Of a DNA stretch of 64,000 nucleotides, positions 12,868 to 24,261 are shown piece by piece (within the stretch, counting starts at the first letter, position 1; every line of letters begins with the position of its first letter). Source of the DNA: Tubulanus polymorphus (taxonomy: Eukaryota > Animalia > Nemertea); assembly GCF_964204645.1 (NCBI RefSeq), contig NC_134028.1, forward strand, positions 11,083,263 to 11,147,262, written 5' to 3'. The notes under the pieces were generated by a model. It saw only the letters and a list, made by a program, of their open reading frames with translations, did no database searches and was not told the DNA's origin. Made by a program: the position numbers and the translations under genes.

Positions 12868-13559
12868 TTATATTATAGAAAAGTGAAAAAAAATATATTT
12901 TAATACTAGCTAGTTAAAGTTAAAGAATTTTAAATACTAGCTATTTGAAGTTAAAGAATTCTTATTCAAATCTATTCAAAATATAAAGTATTCTCCTTTT
13001 GAAAAGAAATAATAGATTTTGAATAAAAATATAATAGAATTCACTATTTCTATTTGAAGTTATTGTATTTTTATTCAAATCTTATCAAAATCTATTCAAT
13101 CTAGTTTTAACTAGAATTGCAAAAGAAAATATTAAAAATATAATAGGATTTACTAGCTAGTTGAAATTATTGTTTTTTTAATACTTAGGATTTAGTCACT
13201 ACTTTTGTCTATCTATTAGGAGCAGTTAATATAACTGTCCAGATAAGTCATTTCGGATCCTCGATAATAAATCCTCAACTGAAAATCAATTCAAAGCAAC
13301 GACTGGTGGAAATACTATTTCATAAACGCATATATTTATTATGCAAATTGTAGCGATCGATGATAGAACAATAGAGAAGCGGTCCTAGAAGACCGCTTTT
13401 GCTCAGTGCGCATGCGTCAATTATATAATTTATTCTGTAAACTACAACATTCAAACATAGAACTGTAACCAATCAATACAGAACAGCCGTCACCATTAAT
13501 AACGGCCGAACGACTAATGCATAACAATACAATATTAAAGCAGATATACACAATCAAGA

Positions 13560-14358
13560 ATACATTTTTTTGAAATCTATATTACAAAGATCTTCAGCGT
13601 TATAATTTTTAATTTCGTCCAGAGCTCTTTAATCACTAAATCGTTTTCAATCATTTCTTCAATTTCTTCAATAGTTGACAACTTCACTAAATGTTAAACC
13701 TAATAATCCGAATTTTTCATATTTTATCAATCTTCCCACTCTTCTCAGTTTTCTTTCATGACTGGTGCTGATTTCTATGTTCTTTTTAACCCAAGCCCCC
13801 CAAGAAATCCCCTCAGTTACTTTATCGAACATTTCAAACCCTATATTCAAATAACTCCCGAAAATGATGTGATCCCATAAGTGATTTGCTTTTCTTTTTA
13901 ATATTGTCTTATAAATTATTTTTAATATACTAGTAATTTTTATTAGTAATTTTATCAAATGAATTAACTTCTTCACTTCGTATTTCTGGGAAGTTTAAAT
14001 AATCTGTTTCAATAATTAATTTTAAAAACTTATTCAACTCTTCTCCACTCATTTTCAATTTTTCGAGTCCCGACAGCAATTCAGATTCCTTGAGTCCCAA
14101 CAACAATTTCAGGTTTGTTGTCGGTAATTGTGGTAATTGTGGTTCGCGTGGTAATTGTTTATTACGAATTACGTCACCCAGCATTTTCACCATTTCGTTA
14201 TGATAATCCAAATGTTTTTGTAATTTGTTTAAAGTTTGATTGTCATTAACTTGAGTTCCTTCCTCCATTTCTGTTGAATCCTGTGAATAACTATCCATCG
14301 GCATTGGTTCCTCTTCCGATGGTTGGCTTGGAATTTCTGGTCGATCTCTGTATTCCAT
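13560..14358 (-). pseudogene. Accessory viral gene of unknown function, split by a frameshift (ORFs 13930-14358 and 13668-13976)
   Basis: Overlapping consecutive ORFs on the same strand inside the degraded element. Confidence 0.45.
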
Positions 14359-14707
14359 TTTAATCTAAAAGATGTCGTGAAAATGAATTACTGTACTTAA
14401 ATATGCTTAAAGGTTTCCCTACTTCATAATAACTACAAAAACGGTACTTACATTAAGATTAAGAACTGTAAACTGTGTTTTGAGAGAGAATATCCTATGC
14501 GTTCTGTGAATGTTGATTTCTAACTGCCAACGCGGCGCACTTTCGACCAAGCTGATTATTTCTGTACGTTTGCCTGGATGGTAACAGTACTTCTTTATGA
14601 TGAAATTAATTAATTCCTTACAATCGAAAGAGCACGTTCGATCAAGCGAGAGATGTTTTTGTAATCAACTATATACATACAGAGCTCAAATAAGAGTTGC
14701 CGGTTTT

Positions 14708-15405
14708 CTAACCACTGATTAAAACCTCAGAATGCGGTTGATTCTGTGAACTACTATTCCATAATTCAACAAATGTCTTTGCTTTAACCAGTTGATCTAA
14801 ATATAACTGTAAATCTAGTTTATTAGATTTAATTATATTTTCCTTCTTTTCTAAAGGTCTTAAATTTCTCCAGCTCCAGATTAGCGTCTTATTATAATCA
14901 TCACTCATGTCAAATTTAGAAATCGGCAACACGTGATCAATGTGGAAGTATTCACCATAATTATCTATATTCATTTTATCGTCGAATTGATATACAATCC
15001 ATGATTTTAAGAATTCATCTGTACAACCCAACAAATTAGATAGTGTTGCTGAATGCGTTTCTTTGTTGAATAATTGTGTTAATCTAGAACTTAAGCATTG
15101 CTTCAATTTAAAATTAAGATCTGTTTGATATCTTTCTTTTCGTGATTATTACTGTAATCATTATAATGTTCACGATTATTATTTCTCCATTCTCTCATAT
15201 ATTCTGTCATATAATCTGAGTGATTTGAAAAAAATATGTTTTATTTCCACTATGTTTTACAATTATTTCTTAAATCATCTTTCTTAGTTTTTTGTATGTA
15301 ATATTCTGTAAATGGCTTATTCAATTCACATTTTGAACATTTCTTATGATAAATATTAACAACACTATTTGTAATATTGATAGTTTGTGATTGTTCTGTC
15401 TCCAT
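14708..15405 (-). pseudogene. HNH endonuclease with N-terminal CxxC zinc motif (large-DNA-virus/phage type)
   Basis: HIDHVLP...NLRPL...EN..KSNK core; upstream METEQ...KKCSKCELNKPFTEYY lies in a frameshifted 5' part. Confidence 0.75.
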
Positions 15406-15574
15406 TTTAATAACATATCTTTCATTAAAATTGATTTTAAATATTATTAGATTAATATTTTAAGAGTAATAGGGTTTTAGTTGTTCTATAACAAAGGTTG
15501 AGGGGTCGAGTGAGTAAAAAATAAAAATAAATTCGAGCGTGCGAGAATTTATTTTTATTTTTTACGAGCGGGAC

Positions 15575-16265
15575 TCACAGGACGTCGGTGGTTGCAGGCG
15601 CATTTCGTGTATGACCTGGAACTTGAGTATCTGAGTGGAGAGAAGATGGTCGATGCTGATGTGCTCTCACAGAGTCCGAGAAACAGGGTCGCTTCAGATG
15701 TAGTCTCGGCTCTAAGCCAGTTCGCTCAAGGGAAAAGATTTATCTGAGGTATTTGTTCCTGTCAGATCCAGTCGCTGTCTGTGCTACTTTTGTATTCTAC
15801 GATTGTATTGTGTAAATTATTAGGTATTGACTCTGAGCTGGGAGTGTATTTTGACAAATTTAACCCAGAGAATGCATTATCCCTCGCCACAAGATTTAGT
15901 TCGCCACAAGAGTCTCGTTTCAGGAAAGTGACATTGTAGAGCTTCAAGGGTTTGATCCTGTAATCCAGCGCGTGAGGAATTGTATCCTACACAAACAGAA
16001 AATCCGTGCGGACAGTCCAGCAGAATATTGTGTCAGCCGAGTATTTAGACCACTCGAGGTCAAGGATGATATTGTTTACAGGAGGATTCATGAGCAGGAG
16101 TTGAAAGTATGGTTACCTCAATCGGAGGTTAGGGAAGTTTTAGAGACGCTTCATGACCAACTTGGACACCCTAGGAGAGACATGACGCTAGCACTTGTTC
16201 AAAGGAGCTGTTTCTGGCCTGGAATGTGGAAAGACGTTGAGGAATATCTACGAGGCTGTCTACGA
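15575..16265 (+). mobile_element. Ty3/Gypsy pol fragment (RNase H end to integrase zinc-binding domain)
   Basis: RRWL....YDLELEYLSGEKMVDADVLS; ETLHDQLGHP...FWPGMWKDVEEYLRGC. The 15730-15880 segment recurs inverted at ~29737-29882. Confidence 0.8.
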
Positions 16266-17085
16266 GAAAATCCCCCCATAATTGATTTCACTAAAATTTT
16301 CAACTACTATTATGTTTAAAAAAATATAGATTCGAAATTTTATTGCACATTATTGCTTTATTTAACTCTAGTATAGTAATTCCATCCATTAAATACGGTT
16401 ACCAAACGTTTAATAAAGAATAATAAGTGTAGAGACAAAATACTTATTCTAGGGGTACGAGTCAGTTGATTGAATTCGGTCATTTTAACTAGCCAACTTG
16501 CTAATTAAAGAGCGGCCACTGTTGAAAATGAATAATTATTACTTAAGAGTTATTTAGTCACGGAGCCAACCCATTTGATTTACAGTTATTAACTTCTTTG
16601 ATTTTTTGGGCACTGGAGTGATTACCCCTAAGTTAATTTAAGAATAATTACTGTAGAGACAAAATACTTATTCTAAGGGTACGAGTCAGTTGATTGAAAT
16701 TGGTCATTTAAACTAAAGTGGCTAATTAGGAGTTGCCACTGTTGAAAATGAATAATTATTACTTAAGAATTATCTCGTCGCGGAATTATCTAGTTTACAG
16801 TTATTAACTTCTTTGATTCTATGGGCACCGGAGTGATTACCCCTAAGATAATTTAAGGCATTTGAAATTATTAAACTTAAATAAAATATCTTATGTACTT
16901 ATGTATTCCTAAATAATGTTGTAAAAAGTTAATTTTTTCTACTCTAGTTTTATAGAAAAGTGGATATGGGGGGATTTTTACCAGGGGGGATTTTTACCTA
17001 GGGGGGATTTTTACCGGGGGGATTTTTACCTGGGGGGATTTTTACCTTGTGGGATTTTTACCGGGGGGATTTTTACCTACATTCA
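16264..17085. mobile_element. Non-autonomous MULE-like remnant with GGGGATTTTTACC subterminal repeats
   Basis: Tandem GGGGGATTTTTACC at 16966-17077; inverted AAAATCCCCCCATA at ~16267; internal ~235-bp tandem duplication. Confidence 0.55.
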
Positions 17086-17724
17086 TATTTGTCATTTAGA
17101 TACAGATTACGGGAAATTCGATAGAGTATTGCATTAAGCTTAGATTGTTTGCCAGATACGGTTTTACACCAAAAATTAATCATTCTACGCTTTACTTCAA
17201 TGAACAAAGGATAACGCCCTAACTCTGCTAATACCGGTAAATTATGAGAATACTTTGTTACCTTCATTAAAATCTTGCAAAAAAGACAATGAATATTTTC
17301 TAATAAGTCCAAATTTTCGTATCCCCATACCTCGCAACCCATACATGGGCAACAGGGGCAACGCACATAGCGAATAATCTAAACATTACGTCGATTGGAA
17401 GTTTCAGGCACCTACCCTTTTGAATAATCGAAAACATAGCTCTCATAGCTTTATCGTAAAGATATTTTCTTGCTTTAACAAAACTACCGTTCCAGTTAAA
17501 TTTAACTCCGAGGTACAAGTAATCTTCAACTATCTCCAATTCTTGGTTGCAAAACATAAATTTCGGAATTTGCTTAATTCTAGACTTACTTCGCGCAAAA
17601 ACTAATATTTTCGTTTTATCGACATTTACAGTGAGGCCGTTGACTGTGCAATATTCAAATAATGTATCTAAGTGTAACTGTAGTGATCTCTCATCCTCGG
17701 CAAGAATGACCGTGTCATCCGCGT

Positions 17725-20700
17725 GGTGTACGTTCAAAATCCCATAGATCAAAATCCCACAAGTCAAAATCCCATAGTCAATATCCCATTGTTCATAATC
17801 CCACATATTATGATCAAAATCCCATATATTTTTATTATATACTATGGGGTATCTTATTTTTTACTATACAGTGCCGAATACTGTAGAAATATGTATATGT
17901 TAATAGAATATAACCTATATGCTGTATATAGGGCCTAATATAGGCTAATGAATGAATACAGATTGGTCTTTGATCTAGAGGATTAGACTAATTATGATAT
18001 GCTTTGATCAAAGGTGATTAAGTTGAGATTAATCAGTGTTTAGTTAACCATAGCTATAGACAGGAAAAACCATAAGGAAAGGAAAACTAAAAGAAATGAT
18101 AAGATAAGAATTACGTATACTCAATTTTCTACTATAAACTTCTAATAATATTCTATTATTCACAGTTTCATTCAGTACAATTCTGTCTCACATACATTAA
18201 TCATTCTAAACACTTATTCTAAATCATTCTATATACAAACTTGGAAAAAACGATATATTATCACAAATCAGCACATTTTCTTTTCAGTATAGCATCTATT
18301 ATAAACTATTTTCAGACAGACAGGACGGATCTCGAGATTTAACTGGAGGATCTCACGAATTAACACAAGAGGCGCATATTGTGTGAAATGCCTCTCAAAA
18401 ACTGTGGAACACGTTTTTGTCCATTATCAAAGTCCTGACATAGATTTTTTAGCCGTTCTTGCAAGTCCACAAATTTCTTACGAACACGTTTCGCTGGGCG
18501 TTGCCCAACGTTGTCAAGAGCAATCAATGCAGACACAGAAGCATTGTCCATTTGAAATGCATTTATGGTTCTCCAAATTGAGGGATGACGATGTCCCACC
18601 ATGTTAAAATATTTACAATTCCAAGATTCACAGATATTATTGGTCCTTGCACTTCCGGTTAATGTAGCATGATTCACATTCCACAACTCTAACGAATACA
18701 ACGGATTTATCCTCTTCAAGCGCATTATTCCATTAGGCGCACGAACACTTTTATATCCACCTTGACATATGTAGCATCAAAATAACCTAGTAATTCCAAT
18801 CCATCATCTGGCGCAACACTACAGATATATGTAAGTCCTTCTTTAACATATGCCACAGGAAGGAATGCTAAACCGAAAATCATTCCAACAAACAGACGGA
18901 ACTCCTCATCCTCTCGATACTGCTTTGCGAGTCCTAGTTGCTGCACCTTTCTCCAAACCGACTGAGTCAAATGGAAGAAACACCCTTTCATCTGAACCTG
19001 ATTATCGAACAATACTCCCACTGCGTTGTGTATTGCTTTCTCAAAATCAGCCATGATGACTTCTGGCTCCGGGAAGATGCTTCTTTGTTCACACTCGTCT
19101 AAGAGAATCTGCAAATACAAAAAATAAAATACTAAGTTAAATCATGAAACTAAATATATGAAGTTCTATTTAATATGAGATGGGCATCTTGTCACTGTCT
19201 TTATGGTCTATCACTGACATTACCACCGTCCATATACCAATTCAATATTGCAAATCATATTCTACACCAGCTGTAAATAAACTTGAAAAAAGAATATATA
19301 ACTAACCTGTAACATTTCCTCGTATGTAGCTTGGTCTTTCTTTTCTAATAAACAATAGGCGACCGTAACTGCTGTTTCCCCAATCGGGACCCGTATCACG
19401 TAAACTTGCTCGAACATTGATGGTGCCATGGCGAAGTTCCCATCCATAAACCATTCTCGAGCATTCCCAAGTCTTTCTATACCATCATCTGCGGCGAATA
19501 CTACAACCCTCCGTCCAGTATGTCCATTGTCTTTCAGGAGAAACCGATTTCCACTGCCTTCTGATGTCTCCATCCATTTACCATCTATCACCAATTCATT
19601 CAAATCTTTTGGTTCTTTTGGTAAGTTTCTCCGTTTCTCGCGTCTTATCATCTGCTTACAGACTGCCGAACTTGGTATCTGGGCGAGAACATCTTCTTCA
19701 TGTATAGACGCTATAACATCAGAGTATATTTGTACTGGATTTGCTGCTACCGAATCTGCCGCCTTTCTTTTCATCTCCAGTCTGGTCTTAGTGACAGTTA
19801 TTGCTTTGTCATCTGTGGGATGGTCGTGTGGCACAGTTTCTCCCGGATTTTGCATCTCTGTGTCTGTTACTAATGTTCCCTTGCAGCCACCTGATCGATT
19901 CTTAACACAATTCCATCTTATCTGCTTCGGTGTCGAATATTTCTTGACGTACATGTAACCATTGAGACATATCTTGAATCCACCTTTACAAGTTTTAACT
20001 ATTTCTGATGCCATCTTAACGTATTGATAGCTGTTAAGAGACTGATATAATTTGCTAAGTTTTGGCCCCTTTTTATAGCAGTATAGCCATGAGTGATAAG
20101 TGTTCAAGTAATTAAAAAATCATAATTGCATCATGCTAATTAATCAATAACTTAATTATTGACACTGAACTGAAATCTGTTCTTTAATTAATTAACTGAC
20201 CTAAGTTTGCATTCAGATGTATAGATCAGTATACATAATGTTTATAAGATGCTTTAAAAACTAAATATCATGGATTTGCAATTTGAAGTTACCATTGCTT
20301 GTAAAACAAACCCCAACATGTGTGCACCCTATTTATGTGGAACAAATTTCGGATAAATTGTGGGATTCATATAATAATTAAGGAGATATAATGTGCCTTT
20401 CAAGAAAAAAAACGACCAACTTTTTCACTATATATAAAATGTGTCCTTTTTCAGAGGCGCCCTTTTCGAGAAATTAAGGACATGATTATCAGATTTTGTG
20501 TTAGATGTGCCCCTGAATAGCAATCTTGTCATACAAAATTGAGTGTTTAACATGCATTTTAACATGAGGTGACAATCAGTCAGTAATACTAACAACTTAA
20601 CAATTAGTCATCCTTTAATCTAATAATTTGTTTTGTTTGAAATTGGTCAAAGCAGTAACAGCCACTCAATTAATTATTATTAATTATCACTAACTAATTA

Positions 20701-21222
20701 ATTATTACACATGAAAGTCATGTTTGAAGTTGTCATGTTCAGCATGTGAACTGAAGTCAATATCAACAGTGTAATTTCCTTTTGTGAAATTATATAATAC
20801 ATAAATTAACAACTATCCTTTAATCTAATACATAAATCATGATCCTTTGATCTAATATCCTTTTGTTTTAAATAGATCAGGGCAGTAAATGATACAATAG
20901 ATTTAAAAACGGCCAATCAAAGGACAGCATCTGAACTGAAGTCAATTCCCCCTAATCCCTTACCCTTGGTTTTCTGAACAATACCTACCTAACTTAACTT
21001 AAATTTCAGCTGTTAGTGCTTCAACATATGTTTGTGTCTAAGATATCATATCATACATATGATGATAAGATGGGAAATACAATTTGGTAATACTAGTATG
21101 GGAGTATGGTATGGAATATTAGTATGGGATTTTGATCTTTATCTGTGGGATTTTGAATTATGGGATTTTGATTATGGGTTTTTGACATGTGGGATTTTGT
21201 AACTGTGGGATTATGACAGGGT
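17725..21222 (-). mobile_element. Mutator-like (MULE) DNA transposon
   Basis: ATCCGCGT duplicated at 17717-17724 and 21223-21230 (alternatively GG...CC ends with a shorter duplication); inverted arrays of AAAATCCCA/TGGGATTTT at both ends; transposase inside. Confidence 0.9.
18360..20014 (-). CDS. FLYWCH + MULE DDE transposase, one intron (19306-19109) and one frameshift (~18762)
   Basis: LNGYMY..WNC..CKG..HDH; MDGNF, ADFE, CFFH, TNNICESWN motifs; CAG|GTTAGT donor and TTTGCAG acceptor join EEMLQ to ILLDEC in frame. Confidence 0.88.
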
Positions 21223-24200
21223 ATCCGCGTATAGGATAATAAATAAATTCAGTAAAGCATCAAGATCCTGATTACACCCCGAGTTCAGATGTTCCATAAA
21301 CGATAAAGTTGAGTTACCACGGTTAATAAAAAATTCATCAATATCATTCAAAAATAAAGAAAAAAGAATAGGTGACAGGTTTTCGCCTTGTCCTAAACCA
21401 CGATCAGCTGCGAAATAATGCGATGTATTACCCTTAGATCTAACACATGATTTGACGGAGTCATACAAACTTTTTACTACATTCAAAAAATTACCCGTTA
21501 TACAATTAGCTATGAGTTTCTTCCATTAAGTAACCCTACAAACCGAATCAAAAGCTTTCTTGAAGTCGACAAAGGCGCAGAAAAGTCTTCTTCCTTGACA
21601 AAGATACAACTCGACGATGGTTTTTAGGGTGTAAATATGATCGATAGTTGAGTATTTAGATCTAAAACCAGCCTGAGCTTCACTAATAATGTTGTTAATA
21701 TCTAGGAATGAAGACAGTCTTTGATTTAATATACTTGTAAATAATTTGCCTAAACAGCTAACTAGTGTGATGCCTCTATAATATTCATAATTATCTGGAT
21801 TGGCGGGGTCTCCTTTGTTTTTAAAAATGGGTTTAATGACGCCAACAGACTACATCTCTGGTACATGACCAGTTTTAAGTACTAAGTTAAAAATATTTTG
21901 TAATATGCTTGCTATACATGGATACTCATTAACTTTCAGCATTTCATTGATAATTCCATCTATACCAGATGCCTTGCTGTTTTTCAATAAAGATATAGCT
22001 TTGCCTATTTCTTCAGTAGAAATTTCACAGTTTAACATGGAGTTGTCATAATCAGGTGGGTCATCATCTTGAGTTTCAGTAATGGTATCAGTCTGCTCGT
22101 TTATATTCAAATCATTCAGTCTCATGAAGTGTTCAAGGAAAGTATCGATATCGATATTATCTTTGTCAACTTTTGTTCCTGTCGCTGAGTTTAGCATAGA
22201 CCAGTATTTCTTAGGGTTACTAATTTTACATTCTCTTAATTCTTTGATAAAGTTTTCTTTCTGTCTTCTTTTATATTCTCGAATAATTTTTTTTATATTT
22301 CCTAGACGAGTTCTTTAAAAATTCTAAGTTTGCAGAATTCGGACAGCTCCTATATCTATTTCGCCTGTAATTATACTCTTTCTGCGCTATTCTACAATCC
22401 CGACTCAACCACCTATTATACGCTTGCTTTTTACGACTACTGCTTTTCCTATGCTGCATAAGATAACACTCATCGGCACTTTCTAATAATGACGATACAA
22501 ATTTATCAGTAAGTTCATTTATACAGTCAGCTGTTTGCGTATCTGCATTCTGAACCCGTTCAACAGTAAATCGTTCGGGTTAGCGTTACACAACTTTGAT
22601 TCAACGGTAACAAAGAATTGATCTGATTTTTCTTTGTCCCACCTCACTGACGGGATTTCTTCCGTCCGCCCATTATTTTCGTTATCAACAACAGTGTCCC
22701 TAATGCCCGCATACAAACAGAGCGAGATAGCATTGTGTCCATCGGATAATAAAGGATCGAAAGGCATTATTTCAAATTTAGAAAAATAATTAAACAACTC
22801 AACATCACTCAAACAATAATCGATAACACAAGTGCCCTTAAAGGTATAATTACCAGACTGGTCACTGCCACACCTGCCATCAAGAATAACTAACGATTGA
22901 TTTTTACACATGTCAACAAGCTGATAGCCAGAATTATTTGTCCTTTTGTCTCTATTGTTTCGTTTAGTGGGTATGACATGTTTATACAGCTGTTGCGAGT
23001 CTGAATGGCACAACTGATCATTGTCAATTACATAATTATCAGGTTCTAAAGGGTCAGGAACACAGGAAGTATGCGCATTAAAAGTTCAATATCATAAAAA
23101 GCATTTTCTGAATAGTATCTACTTCCCTCAGGGGGAATATAGACTGCACCTAAAATAACATTTTTCGAGTGATTAGTTAAAGTTTTGTCTAGACAATACC
23201 ACGATACGTAAGAACAATCGGTCGGTATTGGTTTAATTTTACCGCGTAAATTCTCTCTATAAATTATACCTATACCACCTGAACCTTTCTTCGACAACTT
23301 TTTTCTGTTTTTAAAGTGGGCCACATGAGACCCAGGTAAGCTACAAGCTAAATCACCGTCCGCATCATCAAGATGGGTTTCGCTTAAACAAACAATGTCA
23401 AAACAAGCAATAAATTCATTAAATTCAGGAAAATCAAGTTTGCGGGATAAACCGCACACATTTAAACCTGCGATTTTCAACGCTTCTTTCTGAGAGTTAT
23501 ACGCATCAGTTTTGCTCGTATTAACACGGTTATTTACACTAAGATCATCTACGAATCTTAACGCTTCTTTCTGAGGATTATTTACATCGGATTCGTTCGT
23601 ATTTACACTAAACTCATCATCAACGACACAGTCGTAACTATTTACACAATCACCGCTATAACCGATGAAATCAATCACGAAACAACGATTTCGAGATAAA
23701 ATAACGATCCGGTCCAAATATTCGATATACGAACCCTCCACAGCGTGCTAATAATGATCCATCGAATTATCATTATCGCGATGATCGCGCTGCTCACGTA
23801 TAATCAACTTGTCCCGGACGAAAAACGCACGCTTACCGCTCGCTTTTGCCGCTCGTAATTCGGGCAGTTTCTCTCGTCTGCGCGCAGCCCATTCCTCGGG
23901 GACGTGTTCGCTAAGTCCAAGTGACGTACCCCGGAGGTTACGCGCCGCTAATCTAACCTGTTCTCTATCCTTGTAATGCTCCAATTTAGCCACAATCGCG
24001 CGCGGTTTTTTCTGTCCCGTTTTTTTCTTTCCAAGACGATGTGAACGCGCAAATTGAATCGAATCGACAGTCGCTTTTTCGATTTTAGATCGGTAACGCA
24101 GAACTCCTTGATAAGCTCCTCGGTGTCTTCCGGTTCTGATTTTTCCTCGATTCCATAGAAAATGAGATTGTCTTTCATGCTTCTCCACTGTTGTTTAAGT

Positions 24201-24261
24201 AGTAACTCGAGATCCTTGGATACGATCTCCTCGTGATGCACCTGATAGCGTCCAATTTGCT

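Larger units (their letters stand above)
6150..15570. mobile_element. Degraded, rearranged Polinton-like element related to 35194-52549
   Basis: Homologues of the complete element's genes 42531, 42828, 43069, 43511, 43953 and 45358 on + (6150-9180); ATPase remnant, integrase and homologues of 50661 and 50165 on - (10660-12867); no pPolB, capsid genes or TIRs seen. Confidence 0.85.
17085..24260 (-). mobile_element. APE-RT non-LTR retrotransposon copy B (RTEX-like), 5'-truncated, split by a MULE
   Basis: ORF1 part at 23748-24241; APE LNVCGL...CLSETHL, SDGH; RT QGENLSP, ILYAD|DTVILAE interrupted at 17725-21222; many frameshifts. Confidence 0.9.

Noticed and set aside
19428-19958. 176-aa ORF on +
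   Set aside because: Antisense shadow of the MULE transposase; the same applies to 25396-25782, 28340-28591, 7268-7594, 38706-38969 and similar ORFs
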